Source of the DNA: Escherichia coli
GTDB taxonomy: Bacteria; Pseudomonadota; Gammaproteobacteria; Enterobacterales; Enterobacteriaceae
NCBI RefSeq assembly: GCF_001677475.2
Contig: NZ_CP015229.1
Reading direction: 5' to 3' (one strand)
Length of the DNA: 64,000 nucleotides
Shown piece after piece: positions 49,797 to 61,146 of this stretch (positions are counted from its first letter, which is position 1; every line of letters starts with the position of its first letter). The position numbers and the translations under genes were made by a program. The notes under the pieces are model-generated. The model searched no databases. It saw nothing but the letters and a program-made list of their open reading frames with translations, and was not told the origin of the DNA.

Positions 49797-49895
49797 ATGC
49801 GAATCGGTATTATTTTTCCGGTTGTAATCTTCATTACAGCGGTCGTATTTTTAGCATGGTTTTTTATTGGCGGCTATGCTGCCCCGGGAGCATAA
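49797..49895 (+). CDS. yoaK: small membrane protein, 32 aa
   Basis: ATG at 49797, MRIGIIFPVVIFITAVVFLAWFFIGGYAAPGA, stop 49893-49895; recognised K-12 small protein. Confidence 0.6.
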   Translation: MRIGIIFPVVIFITAVVFLAWFFIGGYAAPGA

Positions 49896-49897
49896 AG

Positions 49898-49972
49898 ATG
49901 AAAAAAACAACGATTATTATGATGGGTGTGGCGATTATTGTCGTACTCGGCACTGAGTTGGGATGGTGGTAA
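49898..49972 (+). CDS. yoaJ: small membrane protein, 24 aa
   Basis: ATG at 49898, MKKTTIIMMGVAIIVVLGTELGWW, stop 49970-49972; recognised K-12 small protein. Confidence 0.6.
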   Translation: MKKTTIIMMGVAIIVVLGTELGWW

Positions 49973-49980
49973 CGTCACCT

Positions 49981-50018
49981 CTAAAAAATAGCAAAGGCTG
50001 CCTGTGTGCAGCCTTTGT
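49981..50018 (-). terminator. hairpin terminator between convergent yoaJ and yeaQ
   Basis: caaaggctgc/gcagcctttg stem; on the minus strand followed by a T-run (complement of ctaaaaaata). Confidence 0.6.
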
Positions 50019-50030
50019 GCAATTTACGCG

Positions 50031-50279
50031 TTAACTTTTAATCTTCCTGTAGATAAATAGCACGACAATCGCACCAATAACGGCAACCACGAAGCTGCCA
50101 AAATTGAAGCCATCGACTTTACCAAAGCCAAACAGCGTGCTGATCCATCCGCCGACTACAGCACCGACTATTCCCAGCAGGATAGTCATAAAGAATCCAC
50201 CACCATCTTTACCTGGCATGATCCACTTCGCCAGAATACCGGCAATAAGCCCAAAAATAATCCATGACAGAATGCCCAT
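50031..50279 (-). CDS. yeaQ: GlsB/YeaQ/YmgE-family small membrane protein
   Basis: ORF track 82 aa, Gly-rich hydrophobic. Confidence 0.8.
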   Translation of the reverse strand: MGILSWIIFGLIAGILAKWIMPGKDGGGFFMTILLGIVGAVVGGWISTLFGFGKVDGFNFGSFVVAVIGAIVVLFIYRKIKS

Positions 50280-50426
50280 TGTTTCCTCACTTATCTGTTT
50301 TGCATTAGCGGGTTAGTCGCTGATAAAAAGCATAGCACAACATCGGGAGGGCAAGATTTGTGACGAGCATCACGGAGGATTTTTTTTCGATGGCGCAGAA
50401 ATTGCGCCATCAACGATCAGTGATAA

Positions 50427-50609
50427 TTACCAACCACAAACATCATGTTCGTTTTCCGTGTCATAAGAACGCACGGTATTCACCAGATCTTTTATCACTT
50501 CAGCCGCCACTTCTGGCACCAGCAAAGTCATCGGCGTCTCTGTTTCATAATCGACAGAAACGCCATTGCTGTTATTGGTGACGGTCACGGTATACGTTGC
50601 TTTGCCCAT
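50427..50609 (-). CDS. yoaG: DUF1869 protein
   Basis: ORF track 60 aa; starts 4 bp after yeaR stop (yeaR-yoaG operon). Confidence 0.7.
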   Translation of the reverse strand: MGKATYTVTVTNNSNGVSVDYETETPMTLLVPEVAAEVIKDLVNTVRSYDTENEHDVCGW

Positions 50610-50612
50610 GAT

Positions 50613-50972
50613 TCATTTCCCGTTATGAATGACTTTCCGTTGTTGCGCGCCTTCCATCAGGACTTCAGGAGCAACGAAGAAGTCAATGTTGAAATAAGTA
50701 TCGTCAGTCATGGCTTCAATGTTGTGCCACTTTTCTGGAGGGAACACCGCAAACTGCCCCGCTTCGATAAGGATCACCTGATCAGGCTCTGCACTGTGTT
50801 CATCAGGGTAGCCGAGATATTTGACCGCCCCATGCATAACGGAAAGGCGTGGGTAAACTCCCGGGCGCGTTCCTTTATCAAGATGACGTTCGAATATTCC
50901 GGCAGGCGCAGTTTGTTTATTCCAGAAAGGCGTTGAGCGCGTATGAATATAATTCTGTGGGATTTGCAGCAT
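50613..50972 (-). CDS. yeaR: DUF1971 protein (nitrate/NO-inducible in K-12)
   Basis: ORF track 119 aa. Confidence 0.8.
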   Translation of the reverse strand: MLQIPQNYIHTRSTPFWNKQTAPAGIFERHLDKGTRPGVYPRLSVMHGAVKYLGYPDEHSAEPDQVILIEAGQFAVFPPEKWHNIEAMTDDTYFNIDFFVAPEVLMEGAQQRKVIHNGK

Positions 50973-51144
50973 CCTTTTCCCTCCTTCGGTGAATGCGCTG
51001 AAAACAGTTTATTCCAGCCGTTTCAGGGTACGCCTGATAATTTGCATTTTAAATACCATTTATTGGTTACTTTTTAGCACCATATCAGAGAAGAATCAGG
51101 GAGGATTACAGATGGGAAGCCCGCGACAACGCGGGCTGAAAGCA

Positions 51145-51852
<708 letters not shown>

Positions 51853-51909
51853 TTAGAAAGGAGAAAATCAGGTTTTAACCTGATATCAACCCGATAATTG
51901 AATCATTAA

Positions 51910-52833
51910 TCAGGCATGCTCCAGTGAAAAATTCGGGTAGTGCTCGGCAAAATACTGGCGTAAAAATTCTACCGTTATCCGCACTTTCGCTGACGTCGCC
52001 AGCCTTGAAACATAAACGGCCCAGACGTTCGCTGGCTGGTAATATTCCGGTAGCACTTGTACTAAATGACCACTGGCAATGTTTTCGCTAACATCCCACC
52101 AGGAGCGCAGAGCAATCCCCTGTCCATCGAGACACCACTGATGGACAATTTCTCCATGATTAGACGACAGTGGGCCGGTGACTTTAATCGCATGGTGGCC
52201 TTCTTTATTGCGTAATTGCCAGACACCAAAAGGATGATCGCGCTCTTTAATGACCAGGCACGGCAATGCGGAAAGATCGGTTAAATGTTTCGGCGCGCCA
52301 TGTTGCGCAATAAATTCCGGCGACGCGCAGAGAATGCGGTAATTGGTCGCCAGTTTGCGGGCGATTAAATTAGGGGCGATGTCATCGCCAATGCGAATAT
52401 CGAGATCGACACCTTCATTGACCAAATCGACCAACCGGTCTTCCACATCAAAACGTAATTCCAGTTGCGGATACGCCTTCGCCAGCGCTGATAACGCCGG
52501 AGCCACCACCTGTCGTCCAAAACCAAAGCTGCTGATAATACGCAGCATCCCCTGTGGCACCTGACGCACGTCAGAAAGTTCGTCCATCATCTGACCGACA
52601 TCCTGCAAAATCCGCTGCGCCCATTCATAAATCCGCTCTCCTTCTTCGGTAATGGTGACGCGGCGGGTGGTGCGGTGTAACAACACCACGTTTAGCGTTT
52701 GCTCCAGCAAGGCGATGCGCTTGCTGACGAACGCCGGTGAAACGCCCAGTTCTTCCGCCACGGCGGCAAAACCAGCCCGGCGAGCCACCAGCATAAAGAC
52801 GCGCAAATCGTTCAGCAGCGGTAAATTATTCAT
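51910..52833 (-). CDS. dmlR: LysR-family regulator of D-malate degradation
   Basis: ORF track 314 aa trimmed to ATG at 52831-52833 (MNNLPLLNDLRVFMLVARR...). Confidence 0.8.
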   Translation of the reverse strand: MNNLPLLNDLRVFMLVARRAGFAAVAEELGVSPAFVSKRIALLEQTLNVVLLHRTTRRVTITEEGERIYEWAQRILQDVGQMMDELSDVRQVPQGMLRIISSFGFGRQVVAPALSALAKAYPQLELRFDVEDRLVDLVNEGVDLDIRIGDDIAPNLIARKLATNYRILCASPEFIAQHGAPKHLTDLSALPCLVIKERDHPFGVWQLRNKEGHHAIKVTGPLSSNHGEIVHQWCLDGQGIALRSWWDVSENIASGHLVQVLPEYYQPANVWAVYVSRLATSAKVRITVEFLRQYFAEHYPNFSLEHA

Positions 52834-52935
52834 GATTCGTGTTTTATGTTTCACCAGTTACGGGGATTAATTCCTTTTCAGTCAATTATAGGATGGTGAT
52901 GTTGTCAATTTTGATGGTCAGGAAGTGAGAACCCA

Positions 52936-54021
52936 ATGATTAAAACGATGCGTATTGCTGCGATCCCGGGAGACGGGATTGGCAAAGAAGTCCTTCCTGA
53001 AGGGATTCGCGTGTTACAGGCTGCCGCTGAGCGCTGGGGCTTCGCCTTGAGTTTTGAGCAAATGGAGTGGGCGAGCTGCGAGTATTACAGCCATCACGGT
53101 AAAATGATGCCGGACGACTGGCATGAGCAACTTAGCCGTTTCGACGCCATCTATTTTGGTGCCGTCGGCTGGCCGGACACCGTTCCGGACCATATTTCGT
53201 TGTGGGGTTCGCTGCTGAAATTTCGTCGTGAATTCGACCAGTACGTCAACCTGCGCCCGGTTCGTCTCTTTCCTGGCGTTCCCTGCCCGCTGGCGGGAAA
53301 ACAGCCTGGCGACATCGATTTTTACGTGGTCAGGGAAAACACCGAAGGCGAATATTCCTCGCTCGGCGGTAGAGTGAATGAAGGTACAGAGCATGAAGTC
53401 GTCATTCAGGAATCGGTATTTACGCGTCGTGGTGTCGATCGCATTTTGCGTTATGCCTTCGAACTTGCGCAAAGCCGCCCACGTAAGACGCTTACTTCTG
53501 CCACTAAATCAAACGGTTTAGCCATCAGCATGCCGTACTGGGATGAGCGAGTGGAAGCAATGGCCGAGAATTACCCGGAGATCCGCTGGGACAAGCAGCA
53601 TATTGATATTCTCTGCGCGCGTTTTGTGATGCAGCCGGAACGCTTCGATGTGGTGGTGGCGTCCAATTTGTTTGGCGATATCCTTTCCGATCTTGGCCCG
53701 GCCTGCACCGGCACCATTGGCATTGCCCCATCCGCCAACCTGAATCCGGAACGCACTTTCCCGTCGCTCTTCGAGCCTGTCCACGGTTCCGCGCCGGATA
53801 TCTACGGGAAAAATATTGCTAACCCTATCGCCACAATTTGGGCCGGTGCAATGATGCTCGATTTTCTCGGCAATGGCGATGAGCGTTTCCAGCAAGCGCA
53901 TAACGGTATTCTGGCAGCGATTGAAGAAGTGATTGCTCACGGGCCGAAAACACCGGATATGAAAGGCAGTGCCACCACGCCACAGGTTGCCGACGCGATT
54001 TGCAAAATTATTTTGCGTTAA
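52936..54021 (+). CDS. dmlA: D-malate / 3-isopropylmalate dehydrogenase (decarboxylating)
   Basis: ORF track 361 aa; divergent from dmlR. Confidence 0.85.
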   Translation: MIKTMRIAAIPGDGIGKEVLPEGIRVLQAAAERWGFALSFEQMEWASCEYYSHHGKMMPDDWHEQLSRFDAIYFGAVGWPDTVPDHISLWGSLLKFRREFDQYVNLRPVRLFPGVPCPLAGKQPGDIDFYVVRENTEGEYSSLGGRVNEGTEHEVVIQESVFTRRGVDRILRYAFELAQSRPRKTLTSATKSNGLAISMPYWDERVEAMAENYPEIRWDKQHIDILCARFVMQPERFDVVVASNLFGDILSDLGPACTGTIGIAPSANLNPERTFPSLFEPVHGSAPDIYGKNIANPIATIWAGAMMLDFLGNGDERFQQAHNGILAAIEEVIAHGPKTPDMKGSATTPQVADAICKIILR

Positions 54022-54041
54022 GGTCAAACCAGTTTATTTGA

Positions 54042-54068
54042 ACCGCGTCACTGACGCGGTTTTTTTAT
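54042..54068 (+). terminator. intrinsic terminator downstream of dmlA
   Basis: accgcgtca-ctgacgcggt hairpin followed by ttttttt. Confidence 0.85.
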
Positions 54069-54271
54069 TCGTTCTTTGCAGTAAATAACCTGCGTCATTT
54101 CACCTTTTATTGTTTCCGTTTCGTGTTTTATGGCTTTCCGTATTCTTAATTGTTTAATTTATGTAACATGCAAATAATCAATTTGTTAATCACGACATAC
54201 AACTCATTACCCTGCAAATAATTACAACTGGCAAAAGCCAGAGACGGGCTTTTATGCCCAGGAGATGACTC

Positions 54272-55882
54272 ATGATGAGCAATGTTAAGAAAAAAGATGT
54301 GCCGCTGATAAGCATCAGCCTGGTGGCCATTCTTTTCATCGCAGCTGCATTAAGCCTTTTCCCACAACAATCGGCCGACGCGGCCAACGCAATATACACT
54401 TTTGTTACGCGTACGTTAGGTTCCGCCGTACAGGTATTGGTTTTGCTGGCAATGGGACTGGTGATTTATTTAGCCACCAGTAAATACGGCAATATTCGTC
54501 TTGGCGAAGGAAAACCGGAATACAGCACGCTCTCCTGGCTGTTTATGTTTATTTGTGCCGGTTTAGGTTCTTCTACGCTTTATTGGGGGGTTGCTGAATG
54601 GGCCTATTATTATCAAACGCCTGGATTAAATATCGCACCGCGTTCACAACAGGCACTCGAATTTAGCGTTCCCTACTCCTTCTTCCACTGGGGCATCAGC
54701 GCCTGGGCAACTTATACGCTGGCCTCATTAATCATGGCTTATCACTTTCATGTGCGGAAAAATAAAGGGCTGAGCCTTTCCGGCATTATTGCTGCTATTA
54801 CCGGCGTTCGCCCGCAAGGCCCGTGGGGGAAACTGGTCGATTTGATGTTCCTGATCGCCACTGTCGGCGCACTGACCATTTCCCTTGTTGTCACCGCAGC
54901 AACCTTTACCCGTGGGCTTTCCGCGCTGACCGGTTTACCCGATAACTTTACCGTACAGGCATTTGTGATCCTGCTTTCCGGCGGCATTTTTTGCCTAAGC
55001 TCGTGGATTGGTATCAACAACGGTTTGCAACGTCTAAGCAAAATGGTTGGCTGGGGCGCGTTCCTGCTGCCATTACTGGTGCTGATTGTCGGTCCAACCG
55101 AATTTATTACCAACAGCATCATCAATGCCATCGGCCTGACCACGCAAAACTTCCTGCAAATGAGCTTATTCACCGATCCGCTTGGCGATGGTTCATTTAC
55201 CCGCAACTGGACCGTTTTCTACTGGCTGTGGTGGATCTCATACACGCCTGGCGTAGCAATGTTTGTCACCCGCGTTTCCCGCGGTCGTAAGATTAAAGAA
55301 GTTATCTGGGGACTGATCCTCGGCAGCACCGTCGGTTGCTGGTTCTTCTTCGGCGTAATGGAAAGCTATGCCATTCACCAGTTTATCAATGGTGTAATCA
55401 ACGTCCCACAGGTGCTGGAAACACTGGGCGGCGAGACAGCTGTGCAGCAAGTTCTGATGTCGTTGCCAGCCGGTAAATTGTTCCTCGCCGCATACCTGGG
55501 CGTGATGATTATTTTCCTTGCCTCGCATATGGATGCGGTGGCCTACACCATGGCGGCAACCAGTACGCGTAATCTCCAGGAAGGTGACGATCCTGACCGT
55601 GGGCTGCGTCTTTTCTGGTGCGTGGTAATTACCCTGATCCCGCTTTCAATTCTTTTCACTGGCGCGTCGCTGGAAACGATGAAAACCACCGTCGTACTCA
55701 CAGCCCTTCCGTTCCTCGTCATTTTACTGGTGAAAGTCGGCGGATTTATTCGCTGGCTGAAACAGGATTACGCCGACATTCCGGCTCATCAAGTTGAACA
55801 TTATCTCCCGCAGACACCGGTTGAAGTCCTGGAAAAAACGCCAGTGCTCCCTGCGGGAACCGTATTCAAAGGCGACAACTGA
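54272..55882 (+). CDS. yeaV: BCCT-family transporter (betaine/carnitine/choline type)
   Basis: ORF track 536 aa; start may lie further downstream. Confidence 0.8.
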   Translation: MMSNVKKKDVPLISISLVAILFIAAALSLFPQQSADAANAIYTFVTRTLGSAVQVLVLLAMGLVIYLATSKYGNIRLGEGKPEYSTLSWLFMFICAGLGSSTLYWGVAEWAYYYQTPGLNIAPRSQQALEFSVPYSFFHWGISAWATYTLASLIMAYHFHVRKNKGLSLSGIIAAITGVRPQGPWGKLVDLMFLIATVGALTISLVVTAATFTRGLSALTGLPDNFTVQAFVILLSGGIFCLSSWIGINNGLQRLSKMVGWGAFLLPLLVLIVGPTEFITNSIINAIGLTTQNFLQMSLFTDPLGDGSFTRNWTVFYWLWWISYTPGVAMFVTRVSRGRKIKEVIWGLILGSTVGCWFFFGVMESYAIHQFINGVINVPQVLETLGGETAVQQVLMSLPAGKLFLAAYLGVMIIFLASHMDAVAYTMAATSTRNLQEGDDPDRGLRLFWCVVITLIPLSILFTGASLETMKTTVVLTALPFLVILLVKVGGFIRWLKQDYADIPAHQVEHYLPQTPVEVLEKTPVLPAGTVFKGDN

Positions 55883-55913
55883 GCGCCATCATCCTAACGA
55901 TAAAGGTATCCCT

Positions 55914-57038
55914 ATGAGCAATCTGAGCCCTGACTTTGTACTACCCGAAAATTTTTGCGCTAACCCGCAAGAGGCGTGGACCATTCCTGCCCGTTTTTAT
56001 ACCGATCAGAACGCCTTTGAACACGAAAAAGAGAGCGTCTTCGCCAAAAGCTGGATTTGCGTCGCTCATAGCAGCGAACTGGCGAATGCCAATGATTATG
56101 TGACGCGTGAGATCATTGGCGAAAGCATCGTGCTGGTACGTGGTCGTGATAAGGTTTTGCGCGCGTTCTATAACGTTTGCCCGCACCGTGGTCATCAGTT
56201 ATTGAGCGGCGAAGGGAAAGCGAAAAATGTGATTACCTGCCCGTATCACGCCTGGGCATTCAAACTCGATGGTAACCTGGCCCATGCGCGTAACTGCGAA
56301 AACGTCGCCAATTTCGATAGCGACAAAGCGCAACTGGTTCCAGTACGTCTGGAAGAATATGCCGGATTCGTCTTCATCAACATGGACCCCAACGCCACCA
56401 GCGTAGAAGATCAGTTACCCGGTCTGGGCGCGAAAGTGCTGGAAGCCTGCCCGGAAGTCCACGATCTGAAACTGGCGGCCCGCTTTACCACCCGCACGCC
56501 TGCCAACTGGAAGAACATTGTCGATAACTATCTCGAGTGCTATCACTGTGGTCCGGCGCATCCAGGTTTCTCCGACTCCGTACAGGTTGATCGTTACTGG
56601 CACACCATGCACGGTAACTGGACGCTGCAATACGGTTTCGCCAAACCGTCAGAACAGTCTTTCAAATTCGAAGAGGGCACGGATGCGGCATTCCACGGTT
56701 TCTGGCTGTGGCCGTGCACGATGCTGAACGTCACCCCAATCAAAGGGATGATGACGGTCATTTATGAATTCCCGGTGGATTCTGAAACTACCCTGCAAAA
56801 CTACGATATTTACTTCACCAATGAAGAGTTAACCGACGAGCAAAAATCGCTGATTGAGTGGTATCGCGATGTGTTCCGTCCGGAAGATTTACGTCTGGTT
56901 GAAAGCGTACAGAAAGGGCTGAAATCGCGTGGCTATCGTGGTCAGGGGCGCATCATGGCCGACAGTAGCGGTAGCGGAATTTCCGAACATGGTATCGCCC
57001 ACTTCCATAATCTGCTGGCGCAGGTGTTTAAGGACTAA
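55914..57038 (+). CDS. yeaW: Rieske [2Fe-2S] oxygenase subunit (carnitine monooxygenase CntA-like)
   Basis: Internal ATG at 55914 (MSNLSPDFVLPENF...); Rieske motif CPHRG...CPYHAW. Confidence 0.85.
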   Translation: MSNLSPDFVLPENFCANPQEAWTIPARFYTDQNAFEHEKESVFAKSWICVAHSSELANANDYVTREIIGESIVLVRGRDKVLRAFYNVCPHRGHQLLSGEGKAKNVITCPYHAWAFKLDGNLAHARNCENVANFDSDKAQLVPVRLEEYAGFVFINMDPNATSVEDQLPGLGAKVLEACPEVHDLKLAARFTTRTPANWKNIVDNYLECYHCGPAHPGFSDSVQVDRYWHTMHGNWTLQYGFAKPSEQSFKFEEGTDAAFHGFWLWPCTMLNVTPIKGMMTVIYEFPVDSETTLQNYDIYFTNEELTDEQKSLIEWYRDVFRPEDLRLVESVQKGLKSRGYRGQGRIMADSSGSGISEHGIAHFHNLLAQVFKD

Positions 57039-57093
57039 TGACATCGGCGGCGGTATTTTCCGCCGCTGGGCTGATTTTTGATGGAGTACAGCA

Positions 57094-58059
57094 ATGTCAG
57101 ACTATCAAATGTTTGAAGTACAGGTGAGCCAGGTTGAACCGCTTACAGAACAGGTGAAACGCTTCACGCTGGTGGCAACCGATAGCAAACCATTACCTGC
57201 GTTTACTGGAGGAAGTCACGTCATTGTGCAGATGAGCGATGGTGATAACCAGTACAGCAATGCGTATTCACTACTGAGTTCGCCGCATGACACCTCTTGT
57301 TATCAGATTGCCGTTCGGCTGGAGGAAAACTCGCGCGGCGGTTCCCGCTTTTTGCATCAGCAGGTAAAAGTGGGCGATCGGTTAACGATTTCAACGCCTA
57401 ATAACCTGTTTGCGCTAATTCCCTCGGCCAGAAAGCATCTGTTTATCGCGGGCGGCATTGGTATCACCCCTTTCCTGTCGCACATGGCAGAGTTGCAACA
57501 CAGCGACGTCGACTGGCAGCTACATTACTGCACGCGAAATCCAGAAAGTTGCGCATTTCGTGATGAGCTAGTCCAACATCCGCAGACGGATAAAATCCAT
57601 TTTCATCACTCATCGACCGGAACGCGTCTTGAATTAGCGCGATTATTGGCGGATATCGAACCTGGCACACATGTTTATACCTGTGGCCCCGAGGCGCTAA
57701 ATGAAGCGGTAAGAAGTGAAGCTGCGCGTCTGGACATCGCCGCCGATACGATGCACTTTGAACAATTTGCGATTGAAGACAAAACCGGCGATGCATTTAC
57801 CCTGGTGCTTGCCCGTTCCGGTAAAGAGTTTGTGGTGCCGGAAGAGATGACTATTTTGCAGGTTATTGAAAATAATAAAGCAGCGAAAGTGGAATGTTTA
57901 TGTCGTGAAGGGGTATGCGGAACCTGCGAAACGGCAATACTGGAAGGTGAAGCTGACCATCGGGATCAGTATTTTAGCGATGAAGAGCGTGCCAGCCAGC
58001 AAAGTATGTTGATCTGTTGTTCGCGTGCGAAGGGTAAACGCCTGGTGTTGGATTTGTAG
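57094..58059 (+). CDS. yeaX: oxygenase reductase subunit (FNR-like plus plant-type 2Fe-2S ferredoxin domain, CntB-like)
   Basis: ORF track 321 aa; C-terminal CxxxxCxxC ferredoxin motif. Confidence 0.85.
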   Translation: MSDYQMFEVQVSQVEPLTEQVKRFTLVATDSKPLPAFTGGSHVIVQMSDGDNQYSNAYSLLSSPHDTSCYQIAVRLEENSRGGSRFLHQQVKVGDRLTISTPNNLFALIPSARKHLFIAGGIGITPFLSHMAELQHSDVDWQLHYCTRNPESCAFRDELVQHPQTDKIHFHHSSTGTRLELARLLADIEPGTHVYTCGPEALNEAVRSEAARLDIAADTMHFEQFAIEDKTGDAFTLVLARSGKEFVVPEEMTILQVIENNKAAKVECLCREGVCGTCETAILEGEADHRDQYFSDEERASQQSMLICCSRAKGKRLVLDL

Positions 58060-58063
58060 TTTG

Positions 58064-58105
58064 CCGAAGCCGGACTGAGCGCGCCCAGTCCGGCTTCGGA
58101 AGATT
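58064..58105 (+). terminator. strong hairpin between convergent yeaX and rnd
   Basis: 14-bp stem ccgaagccggactg/cagtccggcttcgg followed by aagatttta. Confidence 0.7.
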
Positions 58106-59233
58106 TTACTGCGGATATTCCTGCAATAAATTGTGTAATGCTTCCGCCATCAGCTCACCACGCCAGCCGGAAATCAGCTCCGGCAAATTGTTCTGCGGTT
58201 TCAGTTTCCAGTGCCAGTTCAGCAGTTGGTTGATTTGCCGACGCGATGCCAGCAATTCGGCGCTGATCTTGTGCGTTTCGCTCACGTCAGTAATCAGCGA
58301 CTTAATCGCTTTAAACGCTTTACGATAACCCGGCATGTCCATCAGGTTAAGCATCGGCTGCGGTAAGGCCTCTTCCGGCAATGTCTGCGCTTTTTCCACC
58401 AGCGCCAGCAGCGTTTTACCGTGAAAGCGGATTTCGCTACCGGATAAGCCCAGGCTGTCCAGTTCGCCTAAACTTCCCGGCATATAACGCGCTACCGACC
58501 ACAAATGCTCTTCACGCACGACAAAGTTCACCGCCAGATCGCGCTCCCGCGCCTTGCGCAGTCGCCAGTCGGCTAACAGTTGCAGACAGGCCAGTTGGCG
58601 TGTGCGTAACTGCCAGGCATTGGTGATATCACGCCAGGCATCTTCCGGTGCAACGACTTCCTGACGACGCATTTGCATCAGGCGGCATTCATCCAGCGCC
58701 GCAGGTAGCCAGCCGGAGGCCTCCGTTTCTACCATAAGCTTTGCGGTGATCGGTAACAGATACCAGACATCCGCCGCTGCGTATTCACACTGACGTTCGG
58801 TCAGCGGTCTGGCCAGCCAGTCGGTGCGCGATTCACTCTTGTCCAGCGTAACGCCGGAATACTCTTCCACCATGGAAGCGAAACCCCATGACATCGGGCG
58901 TCCGCAGAAGGCAGCAAGGATTTGCGTGTCAATCAGGGGTTGTGGTAATTCGCCAAAGACATTGAGGAACACTTCCAGATCTTCACTGCCTGCATGGAGA
59001 AATTTTGTGATGGACGGATCGCGCAGGATCGCTTTCAGCGGTGACCAGTCGGTGATCCCGAGTGGATCGATTAGCGCCAGATGCTCGCCATCGAAAAGTT
59101 GAATCAACCCCAGCTGCGGGTAATAAGTGCGCGTACGAACAAATTCAGTATCCAGGGCTATCGCCGGAAAGGCACGGACGGCTTCACACAAAGAAGCCAG
59201 CGCATCGTCCGTGGTAATCATTTGGTAATTCAA
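58106..59233 (-). CDS. rnd: ribonuclease D
   Basis: ORF track 375 aa MNYQMITTDDALASL... Confidence 0.9.
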   Translation of the reverse strand: MNYQMITTDDALASLCEAVRAFPAIALDTEFVRTRTYYPQLGLIQLFDGEHLALIDPLGITDWSPLKAILRDPSITKFLHAGSEDLEVFLNVFGELPQPLIDTQILAAFCGRPMSWGFASMVEEYSGVTLDKSESRTDWLARPLTERQCEYAAADVWYLLPITAKLMVETEASGWLPAALDECRLMQMRRQEVVAPEDAWRDITNAWQLRTRQLACLQLLADWRLRKARERDLAVNFVVREEHLWSVARYMPGSLGELDSLGLSGSEIRFHGKTLLALVEKAQTLPEEALPQPMLNLMDMPGYRKAFKAIKSLITDVSETHKISAELLASRRQINQLLNWHWKLKPQNNLPELISGWRGELMAEALHNLLQEYPQ

Positions 59234-59253
59234 ATTGTATTCTCTTTAGTGGG

Positions 59254-59286
59254 CGTCAAAAAAAACGCCGGATTAACCGGCGTCTG
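59254..59286 (-). terminator. intrinsic terminator downstream of fadD (the sRNA SroD is reported from the rnd-fadD interval in K-12)
   Basis: On the minus strand acgccgg-ttaa-ccggcgt followed by 8 T; the SroD link is from memory and low-confidence. Confidence 0.8.
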
Positions 59287-59302
59287 ACGACTGACTTAAC
59301 GC

Positions 59303-60988
59303 TCAGGCTTTATTGTCCACTTTGCCGCGCGCTTCGTCACGTAATTCTCGTCGCAAAATTTTTCCGACGTTAGATTTCGGTAACTCATCACGAAACTCCA
59401 CCAGCTTCGGTACTTTGTAGCCCGTGAGCTGACGGCGGCAAAAGGTCACCAGTGACTCTTCGGTAAGCGATGGATCTTTTTTCACTACGAAGATTTTCAC
59501 CGCTTCACCACTGGAGCCGGAAGGTACGCCAACAGCCGCGACTTCCTGTACGCCAGGATGCTGCATGACGACATCTTCAATCTCGTTGGGATAGACGTTA
59601 AAACCGGAAACCAGAATCATGTCTTTTTTACGATCGACAATGCGCAGGAATCCTTCTTCATCCATCACCGCGATGTCGCCGGTGTGTAACCAGCCATTTT
59701 TGATGATTTCATCGGTAGCATCCGGACGCTGCCAGTAACCCAGCATCACCTGCGGTCCTTTGACACAAAGCTCACCCGGTTGACCCGGTGGTACTTCATT
59801 ATCATCATCATCCACAAGTTTTGCTTCCGTCGACGGCACCGGCAAACCGATGCTACCACTATGATAATCAATATCATACGGGTTAACGCTCACCAGCGGC
59901 GCACACTCGGTCAGGCCATAACCTTCCAGCAGATACTGTCCTGTCAGTTTCACCCAACGTTCTGCCACCACTTGCTGAACAGGCATCCCTCCGCCTGCGG
60001 AAAGATGCAGACTGGAGAAATCCAGCTGCTGGAACTCTTTATTGTTCAGCAACGCATTGAACAAGGTGTTTACGCCGGTGATAGCGGTAAACGGATATTT
60101 CGCTAACTCTTTTACCAACCCTGGAATATCGCGCGGGTTAGTGATAAGCAGGTTCTGCCCACCCAGTTCGATAAACAGCAGGCAGTTAATGGTCAGGGCA
60201 AAAATGTGATAGAGCGGCAGTGCCGTTACTACCAGTTCTTTACCTGGATGCAGCAACGGCCCATAGGTGGCGTTGACCTGTTCCAGGTTCGCCAGCATAT
60301 TGCGGTGAGTCAGCATCGCGCCTTTCGCCACACCTGTGGTGCCGCCGGTGTATTGCAGGAAGGCTAAATCTTCCGGCACCAGTTCGGGTTTGACGTACTG
60401 CATCCGGTAGCCGTTATGCAGTGCGCTACGAAATGAAATGGCATCTGGCAGATGGTATTTCGGCACCAGACGCTTGATGTATTTAACAACAAAATTGACT
60501 ACCGTGCCTTTTGCCGTAGATAGCTGATCGCCCATACGGGTCAGAATTACGTGCTGAACGGCGGTTTTATCAACCACTTTTTCCAGAGTGTGGGCAAAGT
60601 TAGACACGATAACAATCGCCGATGCGCCGCTATCGTTAAGCTGATGCTCAAGTTCACGCGGGGTATACAACGGGTTAACGTTTACGACAATCATCCCGGC
60701 ACGCAAAATACCAAACAGCGCCACCGGATATTGCAATAAATTAGGCATCATCAACGCAACGCGATCGCCTTTCTTCAGTCCCAACCCTTGTTGCAAATAA
60801 GCGGCAAACGCGCGACTGCGTTCTTCCAGTTTGCGGAAGGTCATCACCTCCCCCATATTCACAAACGCGGGTTGATCGGCGTAGCGCGCGACCGACTGCT
60901 CAAACATATCTACCAGAGATTGATAACGGTCAGGGTTGATCTCCGTCGGAACGTCCGCGGGATAACGGTTAAGCCAAACCTTCTTCAA
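59303..60988 (-). CDS. fadD: long-chain-fatty-acid--CoA ligase; TTG start
   Basis: ORF track 583 aa trimmed to TTG at 60986-60988 ([25 protein letters not shown]...), 561 aa. Confidence 0.9.
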
Positions 60989-61060
60989 TTCTTCACCTCT
61001 AAAATGCGTGTTCGTCGTCATCGCAACCCCAAATGATATACATGCCGTTAACATAATATT

Positions 61061-61077
61061 AACTCATCATACCAGCT
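61061..61077 (-). promoter_or_regulatory. candidate FadR operator in the fadD promoter
   Basis: Minus strand reads AGCTGGTATGATGAGTT, resembling FadR boxes (CTGGT half-site), about 75-90 bp upstream of the fadD start. Confidence 0.45.
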
Positions 61078-61146
61078 TGATAATTACCCAACGAAAAGGT
61101 TGCGAAGCGCGTCACTATTTATTTTTATCTTTACCGTAAGAATGCA

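Noticed and set aside
51118-51137. Hairpin gcccgcg-acaa-cgcgggc just past the leuE stop
   Set aside because: No U-tract in the leuE sense; not callable as an intrinsic terminator from sequence alone.
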